64,000 nucleotides of DNA. Source: Takakia lepidozioides. Its lineage: Eukaryota; Plantae; Bryophyta. Below are positions 38,001 to 51,692 of this stretch, piece after piece. Both the position numbers and the translations under genes were made by a program. The stretch lies in the NCBI GenBank assembly GCA_030704615.1, contig CM060731.1, forward strand, positions 82,646,001 to 82,710,000, in the 5' to 3' direction. The notes under the pieces are model-generated. The model was not told where the DNA came from. It saw nothing but the letters and a program-made list of their open reading frames with translations, and ran no database searches. Numbering within the stretch: position 1 is the stretch's first letter; every line of letters starts with the position of its first letter.

Positions 38001-40438
38001 TTCTGACACAAGAAGATCACTTTTGGTGATTTTGAAAGGCTCAAAAGCAGAAACACAGAACACATCTTAGAATGGCTGGGAGACAGTCCTTAATTTCTGA
38101 AAGACGCGAGGCAATGAATACCTCTCCCTATGCAGGGGACTCTGTAACTTTACTGTCTGAGAGACACAGGACTGCTTAGCCATGAAAAATCTGTAGCATT
38201 GGCTATTGATAATGCCATACTTGGCCATGTCCTAGAGATTCTTCAGACAGGGATCTTCCCAACATGACAGGCTTCTTTTGCATCCAGGTTACACCACCAC
38301 TACTGGAACCGGTCATTATGCACAAAACATGCCCATTGTATTCTCAGCCTGAAGGTCCATGCTGCATTTTACCATCACCAGACTACAGTCGAACTTGTCA
38401 TAATGGCTAGATTTGCCGAGGAGGGTTCAACTGATGAGACTCTGTCCATAGAGCCTCCTTTGCATGCTTAGGTTTGTAGTCAAAAGTAATAGCGTGCAGC
38501 TGAAGAGCCATGGCTACGATCATGACAGCCACGTATGGAGCAGGCTACACCGCCAGAGATCCAAGGGTCTTTCAAATCAAACGAAACATTCTGAACCGAA
38601 AAATTCCATGGCCTGCTGTAAAGAAAGAGCAAAATCCTGATGCGAACTTGTTTGAAATTATAGGGATAATCTTGCGACCTTCACTCAAAAGACCTCCTTG
38701 ACAGACTGTCATTTGTGAGTGAGGAGCCTCACCGTCACAAACTGATTTCCCACCACTGAGAAGGATCTGAGAAGAACTCCTGCCAGAGCGATTCTATGCA
38801 CCCTGCGTTGGCCTGATTGCCAGAAACCGCAAGAACATAAGTTCTTTGCCAGCTTCCGAATTTCCATGGTTCTTATAAGCCGGAACTGGTGTAGCTGCAA
38901 CTTATACGCTGTTTCTCTGCCTCATGCACACCATATCATAAATCAGAACCCACAAGAGCTTCCACATGTTGCAGAAGACAATGAAGGAGATAGTGGTGGA
39001 CAACGACGATGCCCTTCAAGCGAGGGTGATTGTGGCTCATTCTCACAGCGCTTGCTTGACCACACTGTAAGCCTCAACCATAATATGCCATCCCACCAAA
39101 ATCTGGAGTCCGATCCAGAAACTTCAAAGGAGGTTTAGTGTTCACACCAGATTAAGAACCATATTTGATTTTCTAACGTCCCGCAACGTTAATATTTTTT
39201 GACGAGAATCACCAATCTGCAGTTGAGCAGCAGTAATTTGAACCCGCTTCCCACAGACCAGTCTACAGCCACCAAAGTTGTCAAGAAACCAAGGACACAT
39301 TGCCTTCCGGGCTTTCGAAGCATGATGCCAGACATAAATCCAGTCATTGCCCCCCCTACCGTTCAACCCGATGGACAATGGTGAGAAAAAGAAAACCGTC
39401 CGTCCAATCCCTTCTGCTTCGCCTAAAATATATACCATACCGCAATTGATCACCTCCTTTTCGTCCGTCTTCCTTCATCTTCAAACCCCCAAAACCCTGC
39501 ACCCCGGGTAGACTAAATGCGTCTTTTCACCTCCTCGCTGGATCTACCTCATCCTTCGGAATCTCTGCTCACTCTGAGAGTGCTCTCAACTAACGTGTAG
39601 CACAAAGGCTTCAAATCGTTTGTCGTTAAAGCTTTCCATGTCATGGGTTCTTCCACATTCGCTGCAGATTCTTCGTAAATTCGCATCCAGAGGAACAGAA
39701 AAAAATTCCGCGTGACCATGAGTCTCTTCTGCACAGTCTTTCATGTGCGGACTGGGCGAGCTTGGCTGGAACGATCCACCACAGTTCTAGGGTTTCGCAG
39801 ATGAGAAGGAGCCATAGCTCAGATCTCCACACTCTACGAGGCACTATTTTTCATGTACATTGTTTCCTTTGAAAAGGAAGAAAGAGAAGCATTGGATAAA
39901 CGAATACTGGATAGCTGCTCGCTGAGAATCATACATCCGAGAGTTCATCCAACTGAGGGAGGCTTATCGCATGGCAATTCATGGAATGCGGAACAGGCTA
40001 CCGCGGGCCAACACGTGTCAAATACTTTATCCGGTAAGAGGTAACATATCCTACCCTTTGTACCGGGCCACCGCCTATACCCCGCTCGCGACCTGGAGCC
40101 ACCGGTTATCCGTAAGTGCTGGTAAATCCACCCTTTAAGGAAAGGGTGACACAGTCGCAGGTGATTTGCATATTGGTAGAGCGCGGTCACCTAAATAGTT
40201 GTTACCATAAGGTGGCAGCACCTGAATCCCGTGAGACAAATCTGCCAGATCCGCCGGCTATTACCGGTAAAGTTACCGGGAGAGGCGTCGGCCTCGCTCA
40301 GCAGCGGGGGAGTAGCTCTCCAGCGAAAGAGGAAGAGTGAAGAGTGAAGAGAGAAGAGGGGGCGTTTTGTTTGTGTGGATTGTCAGTCTCGTTTGTGTGT
40401 CTCTGTGAATCTGTGTTGGGAGCAAGGTCGAGGACGCT

Positions 40439-41107
40439 ATGGCGGCCGCAGCCATGACGAGGGCGGGAGGCTTGATTGCTATGGAGAGGATGCAGAGGGT
40501 GGCCAAGCCCAGCGCTGCATTGAACATCAACAGGGCGTTTTTGGGAAATGCGGCTGCATTCCGTGCTTCCCCTGTGAAATCTGTGCAAGCTACCAGAGCA
40601 CTGACAGTGAGGGCTGAGAAGTATCAGGTAGTCGAGCCTCTCAATGGCGACCCCTTCGTGGGCGGGTTTGAAACCCCTGTCACATCCAGCCCTCTCATTG
40701 CATGGTACTTGTCCAACTTGCCCGCTTACCGCACAGCTGTGTCGCCCTTGTTGAGAGGTGTGGAGGTTGGGCTTGCCCATGGCTACCTTCTTGTGGGCCC
40801 CTTCGTTGTTACCGGGCCTCTCCGCTTCTCGGAAGTCAGGGGAGCTGCAGGATCTCTTGGTGCTGCAGGTCTTGTCGTTATCTTGACCATTGCCTTGACC
40901 ATTTATGGTATCGCTACATTCAAGGAGGGTGCACCATCACTGGCTCCTAGCCTCACATTGACGGGAAGGTCGAAGGACGCCGACAAGTTGCAGACCGCTG
41001 AGGGATGGGCCAGCTTTGCGGGAGGCTTCTTCTTCGGTGGATTGTCTGGGGTCGCCTGGGCTTACATCCTTCTTTACGTCCTTGACCTCCCATACCCCGT
41101 GAAATAG
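40439..41107 (+). CDS. PsaL: Photosystem I subunit XI precursor, intronless
   Basis: Transit peptide, then [37 protein letters not shown]...[17 protein letters not shown]...[20 protein letters not shown]. Confidence 0.97.
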   Translation: MAAAAMTRAGGLIAMERMQRVAKPSAALNINRAFLGNAAAFRASPVKSVQATRALTVRAEKYQVVEPLNGDPFVGGFETPVTSSPLIAWYLSNLPAYRTAVSPLLRGVEVGLAHGYLLVGPFVVTGPLRFSEVRGAAGSLGAAGLVVILTIALTIYGIATFKEGAPSLAPSLTLTGRSKDADKLQTAEGWASFAGGFFFGGLSGVAWAYILLYVLDLPYPVK

Positions 41108-42890
41108 ATCGATTGGTAGAGCTGCCTGTAATGTTGACGACGACAACATTCGTATCTGAGCATGGCTTCAGCTGCCAGAAGCTGGGCAATGAACTTCTTT
41201 GTTCATAATGTGGCATTCTAGCATGTGAATGATCCATGCTTTTGTGAAACTCTCTGTATCAAAGGAAAAATCCTATTTGCATTTTGACTGTTCCTCGTCA
41301 TATGATCTTATTAACTCACTGACGACGGGTACCTAGATTTCGTGTAATGATTTGTCGAAAAGTAGAGAAGCGGAGAGGGGCCGTGAAGATTCGGATATAA
41401 TATTATATCTCCTTGATTACTCACTTTACCCACCTGCGACTCATATATGAATTTGGAGTTTTATATGATTTGTTACAGAGGAGGAAAGCTGATAGCCTGC
41501 ATGAAGATATCTCGCTTGTTCTCAACTTGAATTAAAGTCAATGCAGTACTTCTTTCGTACTAAGGAGCAATCGCCTGGGTGGTGCAAAGATTTGGTGACT
41601 TGCAGCCAGTTTTGCTTGCTGCCCGTGTCTTACGAGTCATCCTGTGCCAATCGTTTGCCGGAGCAGCAAAACGTGCATCGTGTTGTGACATACCTTAGAA
41701 ATCGTTTGCATTCCTTCCCTACTTCTGATAGTCATGTTTGTGGAACGACCTGAAATTACTGTGGGACATCGCATGATACGTGTGCATCATCAAGAGTTCT
41801 TCTTTATTTTACCATTCATAGAGGTATGTAGCAACGTCAATTGGGCCCAATTTCTGACAAGCTCCACTTCCACCACACTTCAGCCTACCACTGAATCAAT
41901 TTATTTGTGGGCTTAGTTCCTGTGTCACTTCATGCAGCATTTAAGGTAACTGCAAATGAAAGTCCACAGTTTGGACTCGCCTAAACGATAGGATTGAGAG
42001 ATGCGATCTCAAGAACCCATCTCTGCAAACCGCAATTTCAGATGCCCAGTTCAGAAAATTACACGAAGTCGTGTTTGAGATCTCTGCCGGGTGTTACTCC
42101 ACGTTTGAGGAAGTCGAAGGGATAGCCCTCGATATTTCGACGCAGATAGCTCGGCAAGAGAGATGGGTGCTTCTGCTTCCGAGGTTGATGACTTCGATTG
42201 CAACAGCTAAGTAGATTTAAGACTGATGCAAAACCCTTCCCCTTCATAAAACTAGTAGCTAATCGGGCCCAGCCAAAGTAGGATGCCTAGCGGTGGTGCC
42301 ACGCGCCAAACTCCAGAGCTGCTGGGTCAGCATCCAGTTCGCCGCGGCATGCTGTGCGCGAGAGATGCCTGGGAGCCCACACAATGGACCCGGCCCCTGC
42401 TGCGGATAATCACCATGGTGCTGCCTTGCCGTTCGTGAGCAATACAGCGGCCATGCTTGTGCGGAATTTTTCCTGCTGGGATGTTCGGTAGTCTACTGGC
42501 TGAAGTCCTCTGCACCGGAACTGGATTTTTCTGTGTAAGTATGACCTGTAAACTGCCAAATCACGCACTCGATTTTGAGCCGATTAAGCAACGCAAGATT
42601 TAGAGTTTAGCATGATGGGCGCAGTTTTGAGGCTGCTGTGGTTTGGCAGTATTAGGAGACTTGAAAAGGCAGATTTTGGTAATTTCACGAAGAATCTCGC
42701 GGATAGAAATTACGAAGATCAGTGTATCAGAGAAGAAAGGAGGAGGAGAAGATAAGATCTTTTCGGTTTGGTCGAATGAAGAATTTCATAGCCTTCAGAG
42801 TTGAGATGTTGTATGTAGTGGAGGAGAGCATACCAGCTTTCGGGTTTGTTTCACTGGCAGACTTTTGAAGTTGAGCTTTGAGAGAAAGAG

Positions 42891-45800
42891 ATGGAGTCCA
42901 GCGGTGATGCCTTGCTGCAGCTGATTTCGATTGGGCCATCAACAGTCGTGGGCCGAGTCATTGTCCTGAAGGTGCTCTTTTGCAAGTGGGTCAAGGGTCT
43001 GGTTGGTATTCTATTTTCCAAGGCATCCCACGGATTGCAGCGATCCAAGCAATTTCTGGTGCTTTGGTTGAAAGGTGCACTCTCCTCCTGGCTGAACCCT
43101 CGCAATCCCAGTGTGTTGCTGGTGACCGCACTGGCAGCCACCCTGCTCCTCAGAAGGGCTAAGATGAGACCTCAAAAAGCAGAGCGATCCTACCGGAGCT
43201 ATTTCTGGTCCAATTTGATGATGACAGCCCTCACCTACGACGAGTGGGCTCACGCTGCGAGTATGCTGGACAAGGAGCGTGACCGGCGCAAGGACTCGGA
43301 CCTGTACGATGAGGAACTTGTACGGACCAAGCTCAACGAGCTCCGCTTGCGACGGCTGGAGGGCAGCGTGGAGGACATCCTGTTTTGTTTGCGTGCTGAT
43401 TTGGTTCGCAATCTGGGCAACATGTGCAACCCGGAGCTACACAAGGGCCGCCTGCAGACCCCTCGCCTCATCCAGGATTACATCAATGAAGTCAGGTAGA
43501 GTTCCTCCTTCAAATGCTTAAACTCTTATCTTGGCAATCACTCAAATGGCCATGTTCAAGGTGGGCATTATCCCTCCAGGGACTGCAGCAGAACAGCTCA
43601 TTGCTTGTCTGTCGTTTTATGGCAGTGTTGAGTCATTAAGGTACCAGTTGTTATGCTTACCAGGTATCAGCTCCGAGCGGTGTGTGAGACGGATTCAGAA
43701 GAGTTCTCGCTGGAAGAAAAGATTGCCTTTATTAATGAAACCAGGCATGGTTTTGGCCGCACCGCTCTCCTCCTCAGCGGAGGAGCAGCATTAGGGTCTT
43801 TCCATCTGGGGGTTGTAAGAACTCTGATAGAACACCGCCTGCTTCCCCGGGTGGTCGCAGGTGCCAGTGTGGGTTCCATCACCTGCTCCTTCACGGCCAC
43901 CCGCACCTGGTCAGAGCTGCAGAGTTTTTTTGACGATCCAGTGCCCCCCATGCATTTTTTTGAGAGCATGGGGAGCATCTTCGCAACTGCACACCGCTTG
44001 TTGACCAGGGGCGCTGTTCACGAAATAGGACATTTGCAGAGAATGATGCGACAATTGATAGGTGATTTGACATTTCAAGAGGCCTATGATCTGTCAGGCC
44101 GTGTGCTTGGAATCTCAGTGTGTTCTCCCAGAAAGCATGAGCCACCACGGTGCTTGAACTATCTCACATCCCCGCACGTGGTCATCTGGAGTGCAGTGAC
44201 TGCATCATGTGCATTTCCTGGCCTCTTTGAAGCCCAGGAGCTGATGGCCAAGGACCGGCAAGGTCGGCTTGTGCCCTATCACACGCCTGCACAGGTGAGT
44301 GTGTTGTTTCAACTGAGAATATCAATTTTATGTACACTCTTTGACAGGTTGGTGTTGCTACAAACTAGAGACTCGCAAGCATAGGCCAGTGTGGCAGTTG
44401 TTGTGAATCCACATAGCCACCCTTCTCCAACTTTTTGTGGGGTTCAGTTTTTGACAAAATTAGTGCTGCAGGTAGGCCCTGAAGAGCCAGGAATTGGCAA
44501 GCGGCAGTGGCGAGATGGCAGCTTGGAGAGTGACCTGCCCATGTTGCAATTGAAGGAGTTGTTCAATGTGAATCATTTTATTGTCAGCCAGGCCAACCCA
44601 CACATTGCTCCGCTCCTGCGACTCAAAGAAATTGTGCGCCTGTATGGAGGTGACTTTGCCGCCAAGGTAAGCTGAAAGGCTCCGAAAGTTTGCATGTGTC
44701 TGTTCCAACAAATTACTGGCTGTTATTGGCAGTAACAAAATGTTTGAATGTCCTGTGATGTTTTGTGGTAATTTGGTGGGGAAGACATGTTTCTGGTTCA
44801 TGTCTGTTTTGCTTATAAGTAGAGTAGAATAAATCACTGCAACCAATGCCAGATTTACCAAAGTTAGGTAGCACATTGTGATGGCGATTTGCATTTGGTA
44901 TGCACTGCAGTTGTTAATGCATCTGTAGAGCCTAGGGACAAAGGAAGTCATGCTGTAAAACTAGGACAGTTTCACCTGTACTATCATTTCAATTGCTTCA
45001 TACCAATTGGTGTGTTTTGAGCACTGTTAGTTGTGTCGTCCTGTATTTCAATTTCAAATCTTGGTTATAAATGACTAGTCTTGAGACGGTTTAAGATGTC
45101 ATGATAGTAGTGGGGAGGGACAAGCAGCTCTTGGTGTGAGGTGGAATTCGTCTAGGTTTGCACATTCATTTACGTGGTACTGGGAGTGAATATTGGTGGG
45201 TTGATGGATCACCTGTTGTGGTGAGTGTGCAGTTGGCGCAATTGGTGGAGATGGAGGTAAAGCATCGGTGCAACCAGGTGCTGGAGATGGGGTTGCGGAT
45301 GGGTGGTCTGGCAAAGCTGTTTGCACAAGATTGGGAAGGCGATGTCACCATTGTTATGCCTGCCACCTTTGCTCAGGTAAAACGCTGCTTACTTTGGAGA
45401 TCAAGTTGGTCAGGTTGGCAACAGGTAATGTTTGTGGCAATTGTCTAGATACGAGTCCCATTGCCAATGTGGCCCAGAAGTAATGTCCTGCTTGGTGAAG
45501 GGGCTAATGGTGGACAAGAGACACTACCCTTGTAGACTTGGGTGCCTGAAGAGAGCTCATCGCTGATGTTCGAATGAACAGTGGCTGCTAAATATGTTGC
45601 AGAATTTGCAACATGAGCATACAGTTTATCATGACCAAAGTTACCATCTCAAAGATAGGATTCTTAGCAAAGCTTCTACAGAGTCGGATTTTCATGAGCA
45701 CATAGCAGTGGAAGGAGTTACCTACTCATTTGTTGGTCAAGCAGAGACGCACATTATATCAGGTCTAAGCAGATAGCTCAGCCAAAGAAAATAGTTGGTA

Positions 45801-46920
45801 CTGTTCTTTTTATGCTGAGTTTGTATGTAAGTGTCATCCTTGTGACATTATTTGGTCTGGGTTTTGTGGATAGTTTGCCAAGATCATAACAAACCCCACA
45901 CTAATCGAGCTGCGCAAGGCAGTAATGCAAGGCCGTCGCTGTACCTGGGCCAAGTTGTCGGCCATCCAGGCCAACTGTGGCATTGAGCTCATGTTGGACG
46001 AGTGTGTTTCTGAACTCAGCCGACGCCGCAAGGCACGGCGCAATGTGGGACGCAACATTGCACCACAGACTCTTGGGGGAGTGGGTCGCTTCTCATCAGC
46101 CACTAAACGTATTCCATCGTGGAATTGTTTGGCACGTGAAAGCTCCTGGGGTTCACTGGATGAAGATGGTATTGAATCGCCCTTGGAAGTGGGGGGGCCT
46201 TGGGGTGGCCCCTCACTGCATAAGCTGAAGCCAGTCCGCATCATCAATGATGGGAGTGACAGCGATGACAACATGGAGCTGAATCAACTCTCATGGACAA
46301 AAGCAGGGGGTCCTTTGTTGAGAACTGCTTCGGCAGTCAAGTTTGTGACTGGCAGTGAAGCTGATGTAGGGACTCTGCCAAGCCCACAGGGGTCCCAAGG
46401 GCATGACAGTGGGGAGGACATGGATGGGACCCACTTGACTGTCAAGTTGCAACAGGCTAATAGCGGGAACAAGCGCAGTGGGAAGCGGGCCAACAAGATA
46501 TGGGACAAAATAGGGACTGGTAATATTCAGGGGTCTGGTGGGACTGATAGCAGAAGCGATGAGAACGGGTCCACATCTTCAGATGATAGAGATTTTTGTT
46601 TTCCCCTGCAGCAACCGAGCTTACAGAACTCAGCAACAATGATACTGAGGGGCTTGAGCATAAATGAGGGAGAATCTCAAGATAGGAGCAATGACAATAC
46701 TGGCAGAGGCAATATTGCTGCGTGTGGATGCTCAGCATTAAAAAGGAGCTCAGCCAGTGATTCATTAATGGCATGTAAGTGCTCAGACTTGGCAAAGGAA
46801 ACCAGCAGCACACCGCGGTTCGGCCTCAAGAATCCCCCTTCTCCATTCCAGAGTGCCAGTGAGGAGGACGGCATTGCAGAGTCAGTCAGCAAGGAGCAAA
46901 ACGAAGTCAAGTGGGCGTAG
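42891..46920 (+). CDS. SDP1: Patatin-domain triacylglycerol lipase, SUGAR-DEPENDENT1-like, 5 exons
   Basis: Exons 42891-43495, 43664-44294, 44472-44666, 45233-45376, 45874-46920. Motifs [26 protein letters not shown] (GxSxG), [22 protein letters not shown]. Confidence 0.93.
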
Positions 46921-47559
46921 TTGAAATGGATCTGGGAGGGACAACATGAGCGAAAGCACTGATATTCTCTTACAAGATGGTGGTGACTTGTGTATTATTA
47001 GATTCCCCGCACCAGCACCAGAGAGTGCCTGGCCGGCAACTGTCTATTGTTATATCTTTCATGGACACTTTGGCTTCCCTCCCACAGATGGATCTCTGAA
47101 TCTCTTAAAAGAAAGAGATGAGAAGGGAATCCGCTTCTCTTAATTGTTCATACTTTAGACTGGCTTTTCATAGACACAAATTGAAGGTAGAAACTGTGGA
47201 CATATTGGGAGAGTTTGTACATAAAGCAAGACTGCGATGTGGAGAGGTTCTGCACATTGAAAATACAGGAGGACCTTGGACTTCCATCTAAAGGAGGCTG
47301 TAATTGCAGTGATGTTCACTTTGATGTGAGTGATGCCCATCATTCAGCAATGTTATGCAGGGAAGAGCCCGGTTTGTGATATATCAGAACCCAGTTCACA
47401 TTTGGAGATACTTGACTGGGTTCTGTAAATGTGCAGCGAATCACATTATATACATAAGCTACCAGGAAAACATCCTTATAATGTGTTACTTGATGGTGAG
47501 AATTGTGAGAAAGCAGGTTTCTATCCCAATTTCGCAAACACGGGTTCAAAGCAATCTGG

Positions 47560-49382
47560 TAGACATTTCAGGACTTCAGAGTGAATTCATCAAGCATGCT
47601 GCACCTACTTTAGCCCCTTTTATAGCTAACCTCTTCAATGAGACTCTCGCATTCGTGCTGAGGGACAGGCTGGTTTCCGTCGAAACCGATCCACTATTGA
47701 CCATATCTTCACTCTTCAAGTTATGGTGGAAAGTGCACGCTATGACAAAAGAATGGTCTATGTTTGCTTCGTGGACTTTCACAAAGCCTTTGATTCAGTT
47801 CCTCGGGACCTTCTCTTCCAACGGCTCCATAGAGTGGAAGTCCCTCCAGACATCCTTTGTGCCATCTCTTCTATGTATGAGATTGTCACTGGCATGGTCA
47901 ACGTCGCTGGTGAATTCTCAGCCGAGATCCACAGCAACATTGGAGTCAAACAGGGCTGCCCCCTTTCACCTACCCTGTTCGGGATCTACATTAACGCCTT
48001 GGAGAATTACATATCAAAAAACCATGGGGTTGGGGTCCAATCAGATCTCCTCTATGCTGATGATGTTGCCCTTTTGGCACAATCCCCGGTCTTTCTGCAA
48101 CGCCATCTCAAAATTTTGGAACAGTTCTGCAAAGACTAAGGGATGCAGGTCAATCTTAGCAAGACCAAGATCATGGTCTTCAATGGCCAGGCTGATCGTA
48201 GATTCATCTTCAACCAGCAGGAAATTGAGATTGTGAAATCATACCGGTACCTAGGTCTGGTTATCCACTCCCCCAAGTTTCACTTTGCAGCCACTGCCTT
48301 GGACAGGTTGACTAAAGGTAAGGCGGCCTCCGTCCGCCTTCAGGCCAAATGCAAGCAAATACATCTGCGGCATCCCCCGACCAAAAAGTGGCTGTTTGAC
48401 ACCGTCGTCAGCCCTGCTACCATCTATGGTTGAGTTCTGGGCACCTGGTGTCCCTGTCTCCTGGTGGGAAAAGAATTTGGAACCATTACAGTCATCTTTT
48501 CTCCAAGCAATGCTTGGCACCAGGAGCGCAACTCCATCTCAGATCCTAGGTGCAGAGTTCGCATGTGTACCATTGCAATCCGAGGCCCTCTTCAGGCTTA
48601 CAATCTTTCTCCATAGATTGCAGGCCCTTCCACCCAAAGGGCTAGTGGCTAGGGCCCTCACAACATCTATGAGGCTCAAAGCTGCAGGTTTCAGGAACTC
48701 CTGGTATGCTCGAGTGGACAGTTTATTTCAACGTAACGGACTTCCTACTGCTTTCCTATTACCAATGAACCCAGATGAGGTGGACATCACATCCAGACAT
48801 GACTGCAACAGACTCATTCGGAGAGAGCTTATGGAATTACATGTCAAGAGAACTTGGATGCTACCCAATCTCACGACAAAGCTCCACTTCTATCGAGAGA
48901 CATTCTTGGTGCTCCGCGATGATAGAATCTTGAGACCAAATTACCTTTCAGCACCCTTATCTCCTTCCCTCTTGAGGGCATTGGGGCGGTTCAGGGTGGG
49001 TTCCCACAACCTACGGATAGAGACTGGCAGATGGGAAAACCTGCAACGGGAGGACCGCCTATGTCCAGCTTGCATAGGGCGCAGCAAGGAAATTGAAACT
49101 GAAGAACACTTCTTCTTCTACTGCCCTCTATACTACGAGATCCGTGGGAGATTCCACTGTTTATTCAGTGGAACCCAAACTCTCACTGATGTCTTTCACT
49201 ATGAGGATAAAAAATGCTTGGCAGCCTACCTACACGAGGCCTTCACCCTTAGACAATCGCTAGAACATTAATTGTGGTTTCTGGATTTGTTCCTCTCTCA
49301 TGTTTTCTTCCATTTTGTCCCATAAGCTCTACGAGCTTTCCGCGGACGTTATAAAGCACCATTTCATTTCATTTCATTTCAT
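47560..49382 (+). mobile_element. 5'-truncated non-LTR retrotransposon (RTEX/L2-like) with (ATTTC)n tail
   Basis: RT motifs FVDFHKAFDSV, GVKQGCPLSPTLF, LLYADD, VNLSKTKIM, YRYLG. C-terminal RFRVGSHNLRIETGRW...RLCPAC...ETEEHFFFYCPLY. Internal stops at 48137 and 48431. Confidence 0.9.
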
Positions 49383-49455
49383 GCTGCCTGACGGTCCGGG
49401 CAAGCAATTCGTCTAGAGTACACCAGTCAGAAACCAAGAAGAAAAGATGTTCAAT

Positions 49456-49875
49456 TTACCAACCTCCTCGCCAATTGCGGAAGAAAATACTTAGGTAGAG
49501 CTGAGCGCTGCCATCCCGTTCCGACACGAAGGCTACCAAGCCATCCTGTTCCAGCCCTCGAGAGCTCAGTTTCTCCAAGAGTGCGCGGCTTTGGGCGAAA
49601 TCTACAAGCTGCCCATTGTAATTCACAGAAGTTCCATCCGTGAGCCGAACTTCTTCGATGTGCTTCAAATTGGGGTTGAGGGAGAGAGACGAAGAGGGCC
49701 TAGACAAAAACTCTGGTGGGAGATGAGCACTGTAGACATCAAACGCGTACTGTGGACGCCCCACTGTGGCAAATGCCACAGTCCCTTCCATCACTGGACG
49801 ATCTTTGTCCGCCACAGCCTTCCATGCCCAGAAGCAAGCTAACAGCAGACGCAGCACAATTTCGTAGGCTATCAC
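49456..49875 (-). pseudogene. 5' fragment of a secreted TolB/DPP6-N-like beta-propeller gene
   Basis: Signal peptide, then GTVAFATVGRPQYAFDVYS...EVRLTDGTSVNYNGQ...VAFVSERDG. It ends next to the LINE tail and I found no continuation. Confidence 0.6.
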
Positions 49876-51692
49876 TCACCTCCCGGCCCAGAACTCATAA
49901 TTAGATTGGCTACAAGGGAGATTCAGGACTACACCCAGTGAAAATCCATGAGGCAATCAGAATTCCTTCATCTTACTTTATGAAATCACTTCTGTTCTCT
50001 CGACGTTCACCAGCCAGATCTCCTCCGAATACATGTACACCTGGTAACAGTAGACTAAAGAATGGCGTGCCAACGCAACACTACCCGGGTTGTTCTAAGT
50101 TCCACGTGCCACTTGATTTTTAATGTAAATTGCGGCTCACTTCACACTTCCCAAGATGATGAACCACACGATGGCTGCTCACCACCAATCAACGCGAAAG
50201 TGTCGTCTTGACGAGACTGAATTCATTCACTTCAGACCCTCACATTCCAAGGTTGTGGGTGGGATGGAAATGTTTATTCCAAGGGAGAAGTGAATGCTCA
50301 AGCTCTGAAGAGAGCAATGACCTCGAGCTCTAAGATTTCCGCCAGCTGAGAAGTAGATTTCCCGACTGGTGAGGCATCTTCTGCATGCCGTCTCTCAGTG
50401 ACCTGCAATTCTTCCCCGACATTGTCACGGTATTCTGTATGGTTGTCAACTGATTTTCTGCACAAGCAATTTTATTCATGTTCTTACTTCCCTTGTCGCC
50501 TGACTTTTTGTGAATTTCAAATGATATCGAACGTTATAGTCGGTTCTCGAGCCGTACTTAGAGCTCAAAATTATTCCATAACTTCCTCATTAGGTAGCGA
50601 TGCATTTATCCCACAGCAGGGCGAGCAGTGTACAAAGAGTGGGTCGTGGACAAGATAAAGCCTCAACGTATAAACCGTGGGCTTCCCATAAAAAACCTGC
50701 AGTTGATGGCCCCCACTAGCAAAGCTGTTTGATAATTCCAATCTCGCACAGGAGTTTCACACGTTGCTGAGTGAGAGAGTGTGATCATCCTGAGTCGACC
50801 TGTGTGCAACCTTCCAACCTGCACGCCTCTGTCCCTTCCAAACCACCCGTCTTTGACTCTTACTTACTCTGAAAGCATGTTTAGATCCCCTCGTTTTGGA
50901 CGGATTATTACTACACGACAACGTTCAAACCACATTACCCGGCACAGCACAACCACTCGTGCATAGCTACACGGTGTTCATATATGTTTGTTTAAACTTC
51001 GGAAATGTTTTTCCATGTACTTCCCCGATCTAGTCTGTCGAAATGGCTTCTCGAGGGACCTCAACTTGTGGGTTACAACAACATGATTCGTCTTTCTACA
51101 AGAAAGCTGAGCAAACAGATGGAGCATTTCAAGAGTGTTCATGGGATTGTTACAAATTATACAAACAGCTGCGAAGTCCAAACGATGCTTCTCCCTTAGC
51201 ATTTACAAAGGATATTAAATATTTATTAATCCATTCACACATACCTAGTTTGCAGGCATCCTGAGCAAACTGTCTTCGGAAGTGTTGAGCTAGTTGAACC
51301 TGGGTTGTCCGAGTTGTTAGCACGCGGAGAAACAGGTTCATAAGGTCAATGTTCAATGTTAAAAGCAACACGGTGGCACTCATGGCGCAGTTGAAGTCCC
51401 ATGAGATTGATGCATGCGCTGGTTGCGGTAATCGTATAAGGCAGAATACATGAGTGCACATTGACGTGCACAAGTGTACAATATATATAACAGCTCCAAT
51501 TTAAGAATTATGCAAGACCTGTTAGAACTACAGTTAGAACTACATCTGCCAGGCCTCCCATCATGAACAGGGACGACCTGAATGCTGTACCTCACCTTGA
51601 ATGATCAGGTAATGAACTCATGAATCAATCCATTATAAAATCTGATCCTAAATTATCTAGATAGCATGAGCAAGACATCAGCTTCCGCCAAA

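Noticed and set aside
37380-39850. Gene or transposon in the 37-40 kb interval
   Set aside because: Some stretches look like decayed coding sequence, but I recognised no motif, termini or consistent exon chain.
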